A stretch of 64,000 nucleotides of DNA from an uncultured Acidobacteriota bacterium (lineage in GTDB: Bacteria; Acidobacteriota; Thermoanaerobaculia; Gp7-AA8). Of this stretch, positions 19,697-29,867 are shown one piece after another. The stretch is from positions 416,001 to 480,000 of the forward strand of contig CAVUKB010000006.1 in NCBI GenBank assembly GCA_963741955.1, read 5' to 3'. The translations under genes were made by a program, and so were the position numbers. The notes beneath the pieces are model-generated. The model saw only the letters and a program-made list of their open reading frames with translations. It was not told the origin of the DNA and searched no databases. Positions within the stretch are counted from its first letter, which is position 1, and each line of letters starts with the position of its first letter.

Positions 19697-21733
19697 ATGA
19701 CCGAGCAGCGACACACGAACCGTCTGGTTCACGAGACCTCTCCCTATCTACTCCAGCATGCGCACAACCCGGTCGACTGGTATCCGTGGGGAGACGAAGC
19801 ATTCGCGAAGGCGCGTGCCGAGGATAAGCCGGTGTTTCTTTCGGTCGGATACTCGGCGTGTCACTGGTGTCACGTGATGGAGCGGGAGTCGTTCGAGAAC
19901 GAAGAGATCGCGGCCCTGCTCAACCGCGATTTCGTCTCCGTCAAGGTGGATCGCGAAGAACGCCCCGACATCGACTCGATCTACATGCAGGCGGTTCAGC
20001 TGATGACCGGACGAGGCGGTTGGCCGATGTCGATGTTTCTCACTCCCGAAGGCGCTCCCTTTTTCGGAGGGACCTATTTTCCTCCGGACGACGTGCGCGG
20101 GATGCCGGGGTTCCCGCGCGTCCTCACCCATGTCGCCGACGTCTTCCACAACCGCCGCGACGACGTGACGGAAGCCACTCGCGAGATGCAGCGTGCTCTG
20201 GACGGGATCATGGAGATCGCTCCGAGCGACCGCGCATCCTCCCGGGAGGAACTGACACGAGCCGCCGGTGCGATCTCCGCCGGATTCGATCCGCGAAACG
20301 GCGGATTCGGCGGCGCGCCGAAGTTCCCGTCACCGATGACGCTCGACTTCCTGATGCGCGTGGCGCACGACCGGGAAGATGAAACCACTCGGGAGATGGT
20401 CGCGACGACCCTCCGCAAAATGGCGATGGGCGGGATCTACGACCAGGTCGGAGGTGGCTTCCATCGCTATTCCGTAGACGCACAGTGGCTTGTCCCCCAC
20501 TTCGAGAAGATGCTGTACGACAACGCACTCCTCGCCCGCACGTATACCCGGTACTGGCAGTGGAAAAGGGATCCGTTCGCTGCACGCATCGCGAAAGAAG
20601 TACTCGGATTCGTCCAGCGCGAGATGACCTCACCCGCGGGAGGGTTCTACTCGACACTCGACGCCGATTCCGAAGACGAAGAGGGGAGGTTCTACGTATG
20701 GGACCGCAGCGAGATCATGGAGGCGCTCGGCCAGGATGAGGGCCACGTCTTCTGCACTCTGTACGGAGTCACGGAGAGGGGCAATTTCGAAGGAAAGAAC
20801 ATTCTCCACCTGCCGCAGAAGCCGGAGGAAGTCGCGTCGCAACTCGGCCTCTCTCTCGAGTCGCTCATCGACATCGCCGCGCGCGGCAAGTGTCATCTCT
20901 ACGGTAAGCGGGCGGAGCGGATCCGCCCGGGGCGCGACGAGAAGGTGCTCGCGGGATGGAACGGGTGGATGCTGACGGCATTCGCCGAGGGTGCGCTGGC
21001 CTTCCATTCCGAATCGATGCTGGAAGTCGCGCGGAAGAACGCGGACTTTCTCATCGGTACGATGATGCGCGACGACCGGCTGCGGCGGAGCTGGAAGGAC
21101 GGCAGCGCCCGGATCGAGGGACTGCTGGAGGACCACGCCGGGGTGGCGTCCGGCCTCATCGCGACGTTCGAAGCCTCGCAGGAGCGCCAGTATCTCGACG
21201 CGGCGCGAAGCCTCGCATCGCAGATCGTGGCACACTTCCGCGATGACGCGAGCGGAGCGTTCTTCGACACCCCCGCGACCTACGAGAAACTGCTGACCCG
21301 ACCCCGCGATCCGTTCGACAACGCCACGCCGTCCGGCAACGCGATGGCCATCGACATCCTCTTTCGTCTCGCACGCTACTTCGGAGAGCCGGAGCTCGCA
21401 CGGATCGCCGAGCGGGCGGTGAGAGCGCTTCTTCCGACGGCACTCCGCTTTCCCTCCGGATTTGGATATCTCCTCGGCACGACCTGGGACTCGCTCGGAA
21501 AGACGATGGAGATCGCGATCACCGGACCGGCCGGCACCGCCGATTACGACCGGCTGATGAACGTGGCCGGCGAAGCGTGGCTGCCGAACCGGATACTCGC
21601 CACCAGCCGCGCCGGAGATCTCCCGATTCTGGAAGGAAAACCCGCCGGCGAGACGGCGGCATGGGTCTGTGAGGAGTACCGCTGTCTCGAACCGACCGGC
21701 GATCCGGAGAAGCTGAAGGAACTGCTCGGGTGA
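19697..21733 (+). CDS. Thioredoxin domain-containing protein (YyaL/SSP411 family)
   Basis: [48 protein letters not shown]. Confidence 0.95.
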   Translation: MTEQRHTNRLVHETSPYLLQHAHNPVDWYPWGDEAFAKARAEDKPVFLSVGYSACHWCHVMERESFENEEIAALLNRDFVSVKVDREERPDIDSIYMQAVQLMTGRGGWPMSMFLTPEGAPFFGGTYFPPDDVRGMPGFPRVLTHVADVFHNRRDDVTEATREMQRALDGIMEIAPSDRASSREELTRAAGAISAGFDPRNGGFGGAPKFPSPMTLDFLMRVAHDREDETTREMVATTLRKMAMGGIYDQVGGGFHRYSVDAQWLVPHFEKMLYDNALLARTYTRYWQWKRDPFAARIAKEVLGFVQREMTSPAGGFYSTLDADSEDEEGRFYVWDRSEIMEALGQDEGHVFCTLYGVTERGNFEGKNILHLPQKPEEVASQLGLSLESLIDIAARGKCHLYGKRAERIRPGRDEKVLAGWNGWMLTAFAEGALAFHSESMLEVARKNADFLIGTMMRDDRLRRSWKDGSARIEGLLEDHAGVASGLIATFEASQERQYLDAARSLASQIVAHFRDDASGAFFDTPATYEKLLTRPRDPFDNATPSGNAMAIDILFRLARYFGEPELARIAERAVRALLPTALRFPSGFGYLLGTTWDSLGKTMEIAITGPAGTADYDRLMNVAGEAWLPNRILATSRAGDLPILEGKPAGETAAWVCEEYRCLEPTGDPEKLKELLG

Positions 21734-21805
21734 GCGCACGTCCTGCAGAGAGATCTCGATCGCAATCCCGAAGCCGCGAACGTTCAGCTCTCGCGCGGCT
21801 CGCGC

Positions 21806-21995
21806 TCCCCTCTCCCCGTCCGCACTCATCATTTTCGGCAGAGTCGTCATTCGGGGAGAGGGGCCAGGGGGTGAGGGGATTCTCATCGTGCATGCTGCGA
21901 CGGCTGAAGGTCGTGCGTTGCGTGGGCTGCAAGACGTCGATTACACGAGAGTCGGTGATCGATTTTCCGGGTCCCCCCTCACCTCGCCCTTTCCC
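21806..21995. repeat. CCCCTCTCCC/GGGAGAGGGG-type palindromic REP-like element
   Basis: CCCCTCTCCCCG...CGGGGAGAGGGGCCAGGGGGTGAGGGGA plus the inverted half CCCCCCTCACCTCGCCCTTTCCCCG, in a convergent intergenic gap. Confidence 0.55.
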
Positions 21996-22116
21996 CGAAC
22001 GCGGCTCTCGCCTGAAGTTCGTGAGTCCGGACGATCTGCGCGGCGGATTGAAAATCCGCACTCCGCGAGGGCGCGCGGCGCTCGACTCTTCTCCCGGAGG
22101 CGAACCGAAGGGCTGA

Positions 22117-23265
22117 CTACCTGGCGACGAGAGCCGCAGCGCTCTCTCCCGGCACACTCTCGTTGCCGACTTTGTCCACGCTGGTCACTGAATAGACGTA
22201 GGTCGTTCCGGGAACGACCGACTCATCGCGGTAGAACGCCTGGTCGATCGGCGTCGGCGTGAGCAGCTCACGTTTCCCGTTCGCGGTCCGGTACACGTTG
22301 TACCCCCCGAAGTCGGGAGCATCGACCCGGTCCCACACCACCTGCACCGCGCGCTCTTCGGCGAGCACCGCAACGTTCGCCGGAGTCGGTGGAGCGACCA
22401 CGTCGCGGAATTCTGCGTAAACGGTGGGCGACGGATCGCTCTGGATCAGCGGTGGCCCTGCGGAGGCGACCGTGGTGACGGAATAACGGTACGCGCCGTA
22501 AGGAGGAGCGTCCTTCCACGTCGTCGTATCGATCGGACCGCTGTTCACCGGAGATCCGAGCTCGACGATCGGTCCTTCCGCCGGAAAGCGGTAGACGTCG
22601 TAGCCGACCGGAGGGGTCGCGCTCGCCGCTTCCGGCTGCTCCGGAGCTTTCCACTTCAGCATGATTCCGTCCGGTTCGGCGCTCGCTTCGAGGTTCCCCG
22701 GCGGCGGCGGCGGCGGAAGAGGCACGATAGTGGCCAGGTTCGACGGCTCGCTTCGGTTTCCATGCGCCTCCGTCACCACTGCGTACGTGAGGCGGACCGG
22801 AAGGCCGCCTTCGGCCTCGAATTGCGGGGCGTCTTCGTAGAGGAGGCTCGCGCCGCTCGAGTACTTCGGCAGGTCCTCCGCTTCGATCGCGTCGAGCCGG
22901 ATCTTCAGCTTTTCGAACTGCCGCGGCGGCATCTCCGGGAGGCGTTTGAACAGACGAATCGAAGTCGGCACGTCCTTCGCTGCAAGATCCGGTGACTCGA
23001 CTTCGGGGTTCGCTCCGGCGATCGATGCAGGAAGGACCTCGGTGGTTCGGTAGACGATCACCCGGTCGAACTTCGCGAGGTTCGTCCCCGCGGTGGTCAG
23101 AGAGGGATAGCTCCACGACAGGACCACTTTCGGCCCGCGCTGTGCTACAACGAGGTCGCTCGTCCCTTTGGGAATGATCGGCACCGGCGGGTGCGGAGGG
23201 CCCTGCTTCCCGCACGCGACGAGAAGCCCGGCGAGCAGCAGAATCGGGAGTCGAATCGTTCTCAT
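22117..23265 (-). CDS. Lipoprotein with fibronectin type III repeats
   Basis: Lipobox LVAC followed by GKQGPPHPP; FN3 signatures (LKWKAP..GYDVYR; YVYSVTSVDKVGNES). Confidence 0.8.
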   Translation of the reverse strand: MRTIRLPILLLAGLLVACGKQGPPHPPVPIIPKGTSDLVVAQRGPKVVLSWSYPSLTTAGTNLAKFDRVIVYRTTEVLPASIAGANPEVESPDLAAKDVPTSIRLFKRLPEMPPRQFEKLKIRLDAIEAEDLPKYSSGASLLYEDAPQFEAEGGLPVRLTYAVVTEAHGNRSEPSNLATIVPLPPPPPPGNLEASAEPDGIMLKWKAPEQPEAASATPPVGYDVYRFPAEGPIVELGSPVNSGPIDTTTWKDAPPYGAYRYSVTTVASAGPPLIQSDPSPTVYAEFRDVVAPPTPANVAVLAEERAVQVVWDRVDAPDFGGYNVYRTANGKRELLTPTPIDQAFYRDESVVPGTTYVYSVTSVDKVGNESVPGESAAALVAR

Positions 23266-23348
23266 TCTCCGGTCCAGGCGCAAATCCGGTGCATTCTAAC
23301 GCGGATCTTGCATTGGAAAGGAGGAGAGATGAGCTCGAAAGGAACCTT

Positions 23349-25178
23349 ATGTGCGGAATCATCGGATACGTCGGAGAGCGCGACGTGGTGCCGGTCCTCC
23401 TGACCGGACTGAAAAAGCTCGAATACCGCGGATATGACAGCGCCGGGATCGCGGTGGTGGCCGACCACGGAGTACGCGTGGTTCGCGCCGAAGGAAAGCT
23501 GGCGAAACTCGAAGAAAAGCTCCGGGACGAACGGATCGAAGGGAACTTCGGGATCGGCCATACCCGATGGGCGAGCCACGGCCGGCCCAGCGAGAACAAC
23601 GCCCACCCCCACCGCGACTGCAGCGGGAAGGTGGTGGTGATCCACAACGGGATCATCGAGAACTTCGTGAGCCTCAAGCAACGTCTCGCCGCCGCGGGAC
23701 ACGAGTTCCGGACCGAAACCGATACGGAAGTGGTGGCGCACCTGATCGAGGAGAATCTCGACGGCCGTTCGTTCGTCGATGCAGTGCGGAAGACGCTCAA
23801 AGAGCTGAGCGGTCATTATGCGCTGGTGATGATCGACGCCGACGAGCCCGGAACCATCATCACTGCCCGGCAGGGGCCTCCCCTGGTGGTCGGCGTCGGA
23901 GAGGGAGAGAACATCGTCGCTTCAGACGTGACCCCTCTCCTCTCCTACACCCGAAACATCCTCTATCTGGAGGACGGCGAATACGCGGTGGTCCGGAAGG
24001 ATTCGGTGAAGCTTTTCGACCGCGAGGACCAGCCCGTTCAGCGCGACCCGAAGCGGATCAACTGGGACGCGGTGATGGCGGAGAAGGAAGGGTACAAACA
24101 TTACATGCTCAAGGAGATTCACGAGCAGCCCCGCGCGGTGAAGGACACCTTCACCGGCCGGATGTTCATGGACTCCGGCGAGGTCTTCTTCAACGATCTC
24201 GACATCGCGCCCGAGGAGTGGAAACGGTTCCGGAAGGTTCACATCATCGCCTGCGGAACGTCGTGGCACTCAGGCCTGGTGGGTAAGTTCATGCTGGAGA
24301 ACTCGGCGCCTATTCCGGTGGAAGTCGACTACGGCTCGGAATACCGATACCGCAACCCCATCGTCGACGAGACCACTCTGGTCATCGGCGTCACCCAGTC
24401 GGGAGAGACCGCCGACACCATCGCCGGAATGCAGGAAGCGAAGCGAAAGGGGGCGAAGCTGATCACCATCTGCAACGTGATCGGCTCCGCCGCGACGCGC
24501 CTCGCTCACGGCACGATCTACACCAACGCAGGTCCGGAGATCGGCGTCGCCTCGACCAAGGCATTCACCACTCAGCTCACCGCGTTCTACCTTCTCTCTC
24601 TCTACGTGCAGCAGGTGCTCGGAGGAGACAAGAAGGACCTGCAGTACGCAATGCACGAGCTCTCCGTCATTCCTCAGAAGATGGAGGCGATTCTCCGGAA
24701 GGAGAAGGAGATCGAGGAGCTCGCCCATCGCTACTACAAGGCGAGCGACTTTCTTTTCCTCGGCCGCGGATACCAGTACCCGATTGCTCTCGAAGGGGCG
24801 CTGAAACTGAAGGAGATCTCCTACATCCATGCGGAAGGGTACCCGGCCGGAGAGATGAAACACGGACCGATCGCACTGATCGACGAGAACCTGCCGGTGG
24901 TCGGCGTGGTGACACACACGCCGGTCTACGACAAGATCATCTCCAATCTCCAGGAGGTAAAGGCGCGGGACGGAAAACTGATCGTCATCTGCGACGAAGG
25001 GGACGAAGACGCGAAGGCACTCGCGGATGAAGCGATCGAAGTGCCGTGGTCGATCGAGCCCCTTCAGCCGCTCCTGACCGTCATTCCGATGCAGCTGCTC
25101 GCGTACCACATCGCTCTGCGCCTCGGCTGCGACGTCGATCAGCCGCGCAACCTCGCAAAGAGCGTCACGATTGAGTAG
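23349..25178 (+). CDS. glmS: Glutamine-fructose-6-phosphate transaminase (isomerizing)
   Basis: MCGIIGY start, LEYRGYDSAG, GHTRWA, GVASTKAF, DQPRNLAKSVT. Confidence 0.98.
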   Translation: MCGIIGYVGERDVVPVLLTGLKKLEYRGYDSAGIAVVADHGVRVVRAEGKLAKLEEKLRDERIEGNFGIGHTRWASHGRPSENNAHPHRDCSGKVVVIHNGIIENFVSLKQRLAAAGHEFRTETDTEVVAHLIEENLDGRSFVDAVRKTLKELSGHYALVMIDADEPGTIITARQGPPLVVGVGEGENIVASDVTPLLSYTRNILYLEDGEYAVVRKDSVKLFDREDQPVQRDPKRINWDAVMAEKEGYKHYMLKEIHEQPRAVKDTFTGRMFMDSGEVFFNDLDIAPEEWKRFRKVHIIACGTSWHSGLVGKFMLENSAPIPVEVDYGSEYRYRNPIVDETTLVIGVTQSGETADTIAGMQEAKRKGAKLITICNVIGSAATRLAHGTIYTNAGPEIGVASTKAFTTQLTAFYLLSLYVQQVLGGDKKDLQYAMHELSVIPQKMEAILRKEKEIEELAHRYYKASDFLFLGRGYQYPIALEGALKLKEISYIHAEGYPAGEMKHGPIALIDENLPVVGVVTHTPVYDKIISNLQEVKARDGKLIVICDEGDEDAKALADEAIEVPWSIEPLQPLLTVIPMQLLAYHIALRLGCDVDQPRNLAKSVTIE

Positions 25179-25188
25179 AAGGCATCGA

Positions 25189-25480
25189 TTATCTGGTATC
25201 TGTTATCTGTTATCTGTTATCTGTTATCGATAAAGTGGCGGATAATTATGGGTTGTTACAGATATCAGATACCAGCATGATTCAATCGCCCCTACGGGGC
25301 TGTCGGGGGGCTGATGTGCCGGCCAGCAATCCCAGGACTGCGTCCTGGGCTATTGTCAATCGCCCCTCCGGGGCTCTCCCCGATCCCCGATCCTCGATCC
25401 TCGATCCTCGATCCCCGATCCTCGATCCTCGATCCTCGATCCTCGATCTCAGATAATAGATAACAGATACTAGATACCAG
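25189..25480. repeat. Composite intergenic repeat: (TTATCTG)n, REP-like unit, (CGATCCT)n, (AGATAAT/AGATACC)n
   Basis: Tandem 7-mers at 25190-25228 and 25381-25449; GCCCCTACGGGGC...CCCAGGACTGCGTCCTGGG...GCCCCTCCGGGGC at ~25288-25375. Confidence 0.85.
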
Positions 25481-26600
25481 ATGCCTTTATCCAGCCACCG
25501 CCGAGGCAGAGGTCATCGTCGTAGAAGACGACGGCCTGACCCGGAGCGACGGCGCGGAGTGGCGCAGAGAACGTGACCTTCGCCAGACCGCCGTCGAGAG
25601 GCTCGACCGTCGCGGCGACGTCGTTCTGGCGCGACCGGACTCTCGCGGTGACCTCGACCGGTCCGGCCGGGGGCCGTCCCGAGATCCAGTGAACTCGTGC
25701 CGCGTAGAGTTCCGAGCGCTCGAGGTTTTCCGCCGAGCCGATGGTCACCCGGTGCGAGGCAGGATCGACGTCGACGACGTAAGTCCGCTCGGGAGACCCT
25801 CCGATCTGCAGACCGCGCCGCTGGCCGATGGTGAAGTTGTAATAGCCGTCGTGATGACCGACGATCTTTCCTTCCGTGTCGACGATCTCTCCGGAACCGT
25901 CGTCCGTGGCGACTGCCGCCGCGAGAGGAGAATCATCGCCCTCCTCGACCATCCGGCGCGCCTCCGCCTCGACGATCTTTCGGTACCCGTCGCGCTTCGG
26001 CACGAAGCAGATCTCGAACGACTCGCTCTTCTCCGCGACCGGAAGACCCGACGTCGCAGCGATGGCGCGTACTTCCGGCTTGGTCAGCTCGCCGAGCGGA
26101 AAAAGAGTGTGCGAGAGCTGCTCCTGGGAAAGCTCGAAAAGAAAGTAGGACTGATCCTTCGCGAGGTCGAGTGCCTTCCGCAGCTCGAACGTTCCGTCGG
26201 CGGCCCTGGTGATCCGCGCGTAGTGACCGGTCGCGACCTTCTCCGCTCCGGCCGAGATCGCCTTCCGATGAAGGAGAGCGAATTTCACGTGCGTATTGCA
26301 GAGAACGCAAGGTGAGGGCGTCAGTCCGCCGAGGTAATCGTTCACGAACGGACGGATCACCGCCTCCCGGAAGCCCTCCTCCATGTTCAGCACGAAGTAG
26401 GGAATCTCGAGCTTCCAGGCTACACGCCGGGCATCCGCCAGATCGTCGATCGTGCAGCATCCCCCGTACTCGCTCTCCGCACGCTCCAGAGCGTTGTACA
26501 TCTGCATCGACATCCCGATCACGTCGTGGCCCTGCTCCTTGAGCAGGTATGCGGCGGTCGAAGAATCGACCCCGCCCGACATTGCGACTGCCACTCTCAT
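25470..26600 (-). CDS. mnmA: tRNA 2-thiouridine(34) synthase
   Basis: [45 protein letters not shown]. Confidence 0.97.
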   Translation of the reverse strand: MRVAVAMSGGVDSSTAAYLLKEQGHDVIGMSMQMYNALERAESEYGGCCTIDDLADARRVAWKLEIPYFVLNMEEGFREAVIRPFVNDYLGGLTPSPCVLCNTHVKFALLHRKAISAGAEKVATGHYARITRAADGTFELRKALDLAKDQSYFLFELSQEQLSHTLFPLGELTKPEVRAIAATSGLPVAEKSESFEICFVPKRDGYRKIVEAEARRMVEEGDDSPLAAAVATDDGSGEIVDTEGKIVGHHDGYYNFTIGQRRGLQIGGSPERTYVVDVDPASHRVTIGSAENLERSELYAARVHWISGRPPAGPVEVTARVRSRQNDVAATVEPLDGGLAKVTFSAPLRAVAPGQAVVFYDDDLCLGGGWIKASGI

Positions 26601-26684
26601 CTGTTTTGCGTCCCGCGAAATGTTTCCGCCGGAATCGTCATCAACAATGCGAGGAATGGGTAAAATTCATCCCCTTTGGACACG

Positions 26685-27101
26685 ATGACGGATTTCGCTG
26701 ATCAGCCCGCCAGGACGGTCCTCGTCGCAGACGACGACCCACACATACGCCGACTGATCGTGGTGGCGCTCGCCCGCGCAGGATTCGCGTTCGAACAGGC
26801 CACCAACGGGATGGAGGCGCTGCAGATCATGCGCTCCCGGGCGGTGGACCTGGTCCTCCTCGATCTGATGATGCCGATCCTCTCCGGGTGGAGCGTTCTC
26901 GAGGAGCGGTCACACGATGCGGCGCTGCGGAAGATTCCGGTGATCGTCGTGAGCGCCGCCCACGATTCGGTCCTGCTCCGGCGCCCACCGGAAGGGGTGT
27001 GCGGGGTTCTCGCGAAACCGTTCGACGTCAGCGCGCTGCGCACGATCGTGGAGGAGTGCTTGCGGGGGACGGATGGAAACCCGGAGTCGGGGACGGCGTG
27101 A
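26685..27101 (+). CDS. Single-domain response regulator
   Basis: VLVADDD, LLDLMMP, VIVVSA, KPF. Confidence 0.88.
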   Translation: MTDFADQPARTVLVADDDPHIRRLIVVALARAGFAFEQATNGMEALQIMRSRAVDLVLLDLMMPILSGWSVLEERSHDAALRKIPVIVVSAAHDSVLLRRPPEGVCGVLAKPFDVSALRTIVEECLRGTDGNPESGTA

Positions 27102-27135
27102 GGCGACGACGGAAACCGCGCGTGCCGGCCGGGAC

Positions 27136-27166
27136 AAAAAAAGGCCGGAGCAGGTGCTCCGGCCTT
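27136..27166 (-). terminator. Intrinsic terminator after maeB
   Basis: GGCCGGAGCA-GGT-GCTCCGGCC hairpin with A7 on + (U7 on -). Confidence 0.8.
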
Positions 27167-27186
27167 CGAAGTCCAACGAACTCCGG

Positions 27187-29493
27187 CTAAACCGTGACGG
27201 GCTCCGGAGAGATCGACGGGACGGTACGCCGTTTCTGGTCCTTCTCCTGTGCATCGAGCACGGCGATCGCCGCCATGTTCACGATGTCGGAGACGTCGAC
27301 TCCGCGCTGGAGCACGTGAACCGGCCTGGACAGCCCCTGGAGGATCGGTCCGATTGCTTCGGCGCCACCGAGTCTCCAGAGGAGCTTGTACGCGATGTTC
27401 GCCGACTGCAGGTCGGGAAAGATCAGGACATTCGCGTCGCCCTGCAGAGGACTCCACGGATAATCCGCGGCGACTTCCGGAACGACTGCCGTGTCGGCCT
27501 GCATCTCGCCCTCGACCACCAGATCGGGGTGATGATGCTTGACGATCTGCACCGCCCGCTTCACTTTCTCCTGCAGCGGATGATTCGTCGAGCCGTAGTT
27601 CGAGAACGAGATCATCGCCACCTTCGGGTCGATGTCGAAACGCCGCGCGGTCTCCGCGGTGAGTACGGCGATCTCCGCGAGATCTTCCGCGGTCGGATCG
27701 ATATTGACCGTCGTGTCCGCGAGCACGAGCAGCCGGTTCTTGAACATCAGGATGTAGACACCCGAGACGCGATTGACGTCGTTGCGGGTCTTGATCACCT
27801 GAAGTGCCGGACGGATCGTCGCGGGATAGTAGGTCCGAAGTCCCGAGATCACCGCGTCGCCATCGCCCGCATCGAGCATCAGCATGGCGAAGTAATTTCG
27901 GTCCGCGGTAATGGTCTGCCGGGCATCGGTCAACGTCAGCCCTTCCCTCTTCCGGAGATCGTGGAAGCGATGGACGTAGGTCTCGAGCTTCTCGGACTGA
28001 AGCGGGTCGATCAGGGTGAACTTCGAGCCGTCGATCTCGAGCTTCGCCAGCACCGCCTCGATCTCGTCACGGTCACCGAGAAGGACCGGATGCGCGATCT
28101 GCTCTTCGACGAGGATTCTCGCCGCACGCACGATCTTCTCCTGGTCGCCCTCGGGAAAGATCACCCGCTTCGGACGCTGCTTCGCCTTGTCGAACACGCT
28201 GTGCATCAGCTGGCGCGAGCGCCCCAGGAGGTTCTCCAGGCGGCGCTTGTACGCGTCGTAATCCTGAATCGGCATCTGGGCCACTCCGGTCGCCTCGGCA
28301 GCCTTCGCCACCGCCACCGGCACCCAGAGGAGCACGCGATAATCGAACGGCTTCGGGATGAGATAGTCGGGACCGAAACGGAACTCGTCCTCGCCATAGG
28401 CGCGGAGAACCGATTCGGGAACGTCCTCTTTCGCCAGGTCGGCGAGTGCATGGGCGGCAGCGAGTTTCATCTCGTCGTTGATCGCCGTTGCGCGGCAGTC
28501 GAGTGCGCCGCGGAAGATGAACGGGAACCCGAGGACGTTGTTGACCTGGTTCGGATAATCGGAGCGGCCGGTGGCCATGATGATGTCCGGGCGTGCCGAC
28601 TTCGCGTCGTCATAAGAGATCTCGGGATTCGGGTTGGCCATGGCGAACACGATGGCGTTCTTCGGCATCGAACGGATCATGTCCTGCGTGACCAGCCCTC
28701 CGACGGAAACGCCGATGAACGCTTCTGCTTCCTTCATCGCGTCGGCAAGAGTCCGCGCCTTCGTATCCGCCGCGAACTCCGCCTTGAGCGGAGTCATGTT
28801 CTCGGTCCGTCCCTTGTAGATCACGCCTTTGCTGTCGACGAGCATGACGTTCTCTTTCCGGACCCCGAGCTTCATGTAGAGGCGCAGGCAGCCGAATGCG
28901 GCCGCACCGGCGCCGGAGAAGACGACTTTGACGTTCTCGATCTTCCGTCCGGTGATCTCGAGGGCGTTGAGGAATGCCGCGGCCGAGATGATCGCCGTCC
29001 CGTGCTGGTCGTCATGGAAGACAGGGATTTTCATCTCCTTCTTCAGCCGCTCCTCGACTTCGAAGCACTGCGGGGCGGAGATGTCCTCGAGGTTGATTCC
29101 GCCGAACGTCGGCTCGAGCAGCTTCACGCAGCGGATCAGCTCCTCGGTGTCGAGCGTGTCGACCTCGATGTCGAACACGTCGATATCGGCGAAACGCTTG
29201 AAGAGGACGCCCTTCCCTTCCATGACCGGCTTGCCCGCGGCCGCGCCGATCGCGCCGAGCCCCAGAACAGCCGTGCCGTTGCTGATGACGGCGACGAGAT
29301 TCCCTTTGTTCGTGTACTTGTAGACGTCAGCCGGATTCTTCGCGATCTCCAGGCAAGGCTCGGCGACACCCGGCGTGTAGGCGAGGGAGAGGTCGCGTTG
29401 AGTGGTGGTCGGCTTGGTCGGGACGACCTCGGTTTTTCCAGGGCGCCCTACCGAGTGGTAGTCGAGCGCCTCTTCTCTACTGATCTTTCGCAT
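27187..29493 (-). CDS. maeB: NADP-dependent malic enzyme with PTA domain
   Basis: DLSLAYTPGVA, FHDDQHGTAI, GRSDYPNQVNNV, C-terminal phosphotransacetylase-like domain (FPEG; GEMQAD); 768 aa. Confidence 0.97.
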   Translation of the reverse strand: MRKISREEALDYHSVGRPGKTEVVPTKPTTTQRDLSLAYTPGVAEPCLEIAKNPADVYKYTNKGNLVAVISNGTAVLGLGAIGAAAGKPVMEGKGVLFKRFADIDVFDIEVDTLDTEELIRCVKLLEPTFGGINLEDISAPQCFEVEERLKKEMKIPVFHDDQHGTAIISAAAFLNALEITGRKIENVKVVFSGAGAAAFGCLRLYMKLGVRKENVMLVDSKGVIYKGRTENMTPLKAEFAADTKARTLADAMKEAEAFIGVSVGGLVTQDMIRSMPKNAIVFAMANPNPEISYDDAKSARPDIIMATGRSDYPNQVNNVLGFPFIFRGALDCRATAINDEMKLAAAHALADLAKEDVPESVLRAYGEDEFRFGPDYLIPKPFDYRVLLWVPVAVAKAAEATGVAQMPIQDYDAYKRRLENLLGRSRQLMHSVFDKAKQRPKRVIFPEGDQEKIVRAARILVEEQIAHPVLLGDRDEIEAVLAKLEIDGSKFTLIDPLQSEKLETYVHRFHDLRKREGLTLTDARQTITADRNYFAMLMLDAGDGDAVISGLRTYYPATIRPALQVIKTRNDVNRVSGVYILMFKNRLLVLADTTVNIDPTAEDLAEIAVLTAETARRFDIDPKVAMISFSNYGSTNHPLQEKVKRAVQIVKHHHPDLVVEGEMQADTAVVPEVAADYPWSPLQGDANVLIFPDLQSANIAYKLLWRLGGAEAIGPILQGLSRPVHVLQRGVDVSDIVNMAAIAVLDAQEKDQKRRTVPSISPEPVTV

Positions 29494-29820
29494 CGTGTTT
29501 CTCCGTAATTCGCAACTCCTGAATTCGCGGAGTCGCGTCGTGTTTTGCTGATCCCTTGCCTTTCGCTGGCGATGCCCCCGGCCGCAGTTCGGTTCTCATG
29601 GCCCCCGATCCGCGGCTCGCAGGCCCCTCCAGGGAGGGGTAAGGGATCATGGGAGCGTTACACTAGCACGACCCTTCCGGGGCGGCGGTGACGTGCAACC
29701 GTCCTTTCTGGCAGCGACACGCTGGCGTGGGGCTGCGTCTCCGGGATATCCTGCCGGATTCGCACGAGGCCGCTGAAGTCCGCCCGAACCGGCGATTCCA
29801 AATATAACTCCCCCAGAACG

Positions 29821-29848
29821 AAAAAGCCGCGCCAAAGGCGCGGCTTTT
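29821..29848 (-). terminator. Intrinsic (possibly bidirectional) terminator after secF
   Basis: AAAAAGCCGCGCC-AAA-GGCGCGGCTTTT. Confidence 0.85.
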
Positions 29849-29867
29849 CGAGAGAAGGCTCGGGAGA

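Noticed and set aside
23266-23348. glmS ribozyme
   Set aside because: Only ~83 nt separate the divergent starts, too short for the ribozyme, and I see no matching core.
27073-29508. 811-aa plus-strand ORF (and similar long ORFs at 4530-6209, 15137-16861, 42896-45244, 57144-58700)
   Set aside because: Antisense shadows of well-supported genes, expected in high-GC DNA; no recognisable motifs.
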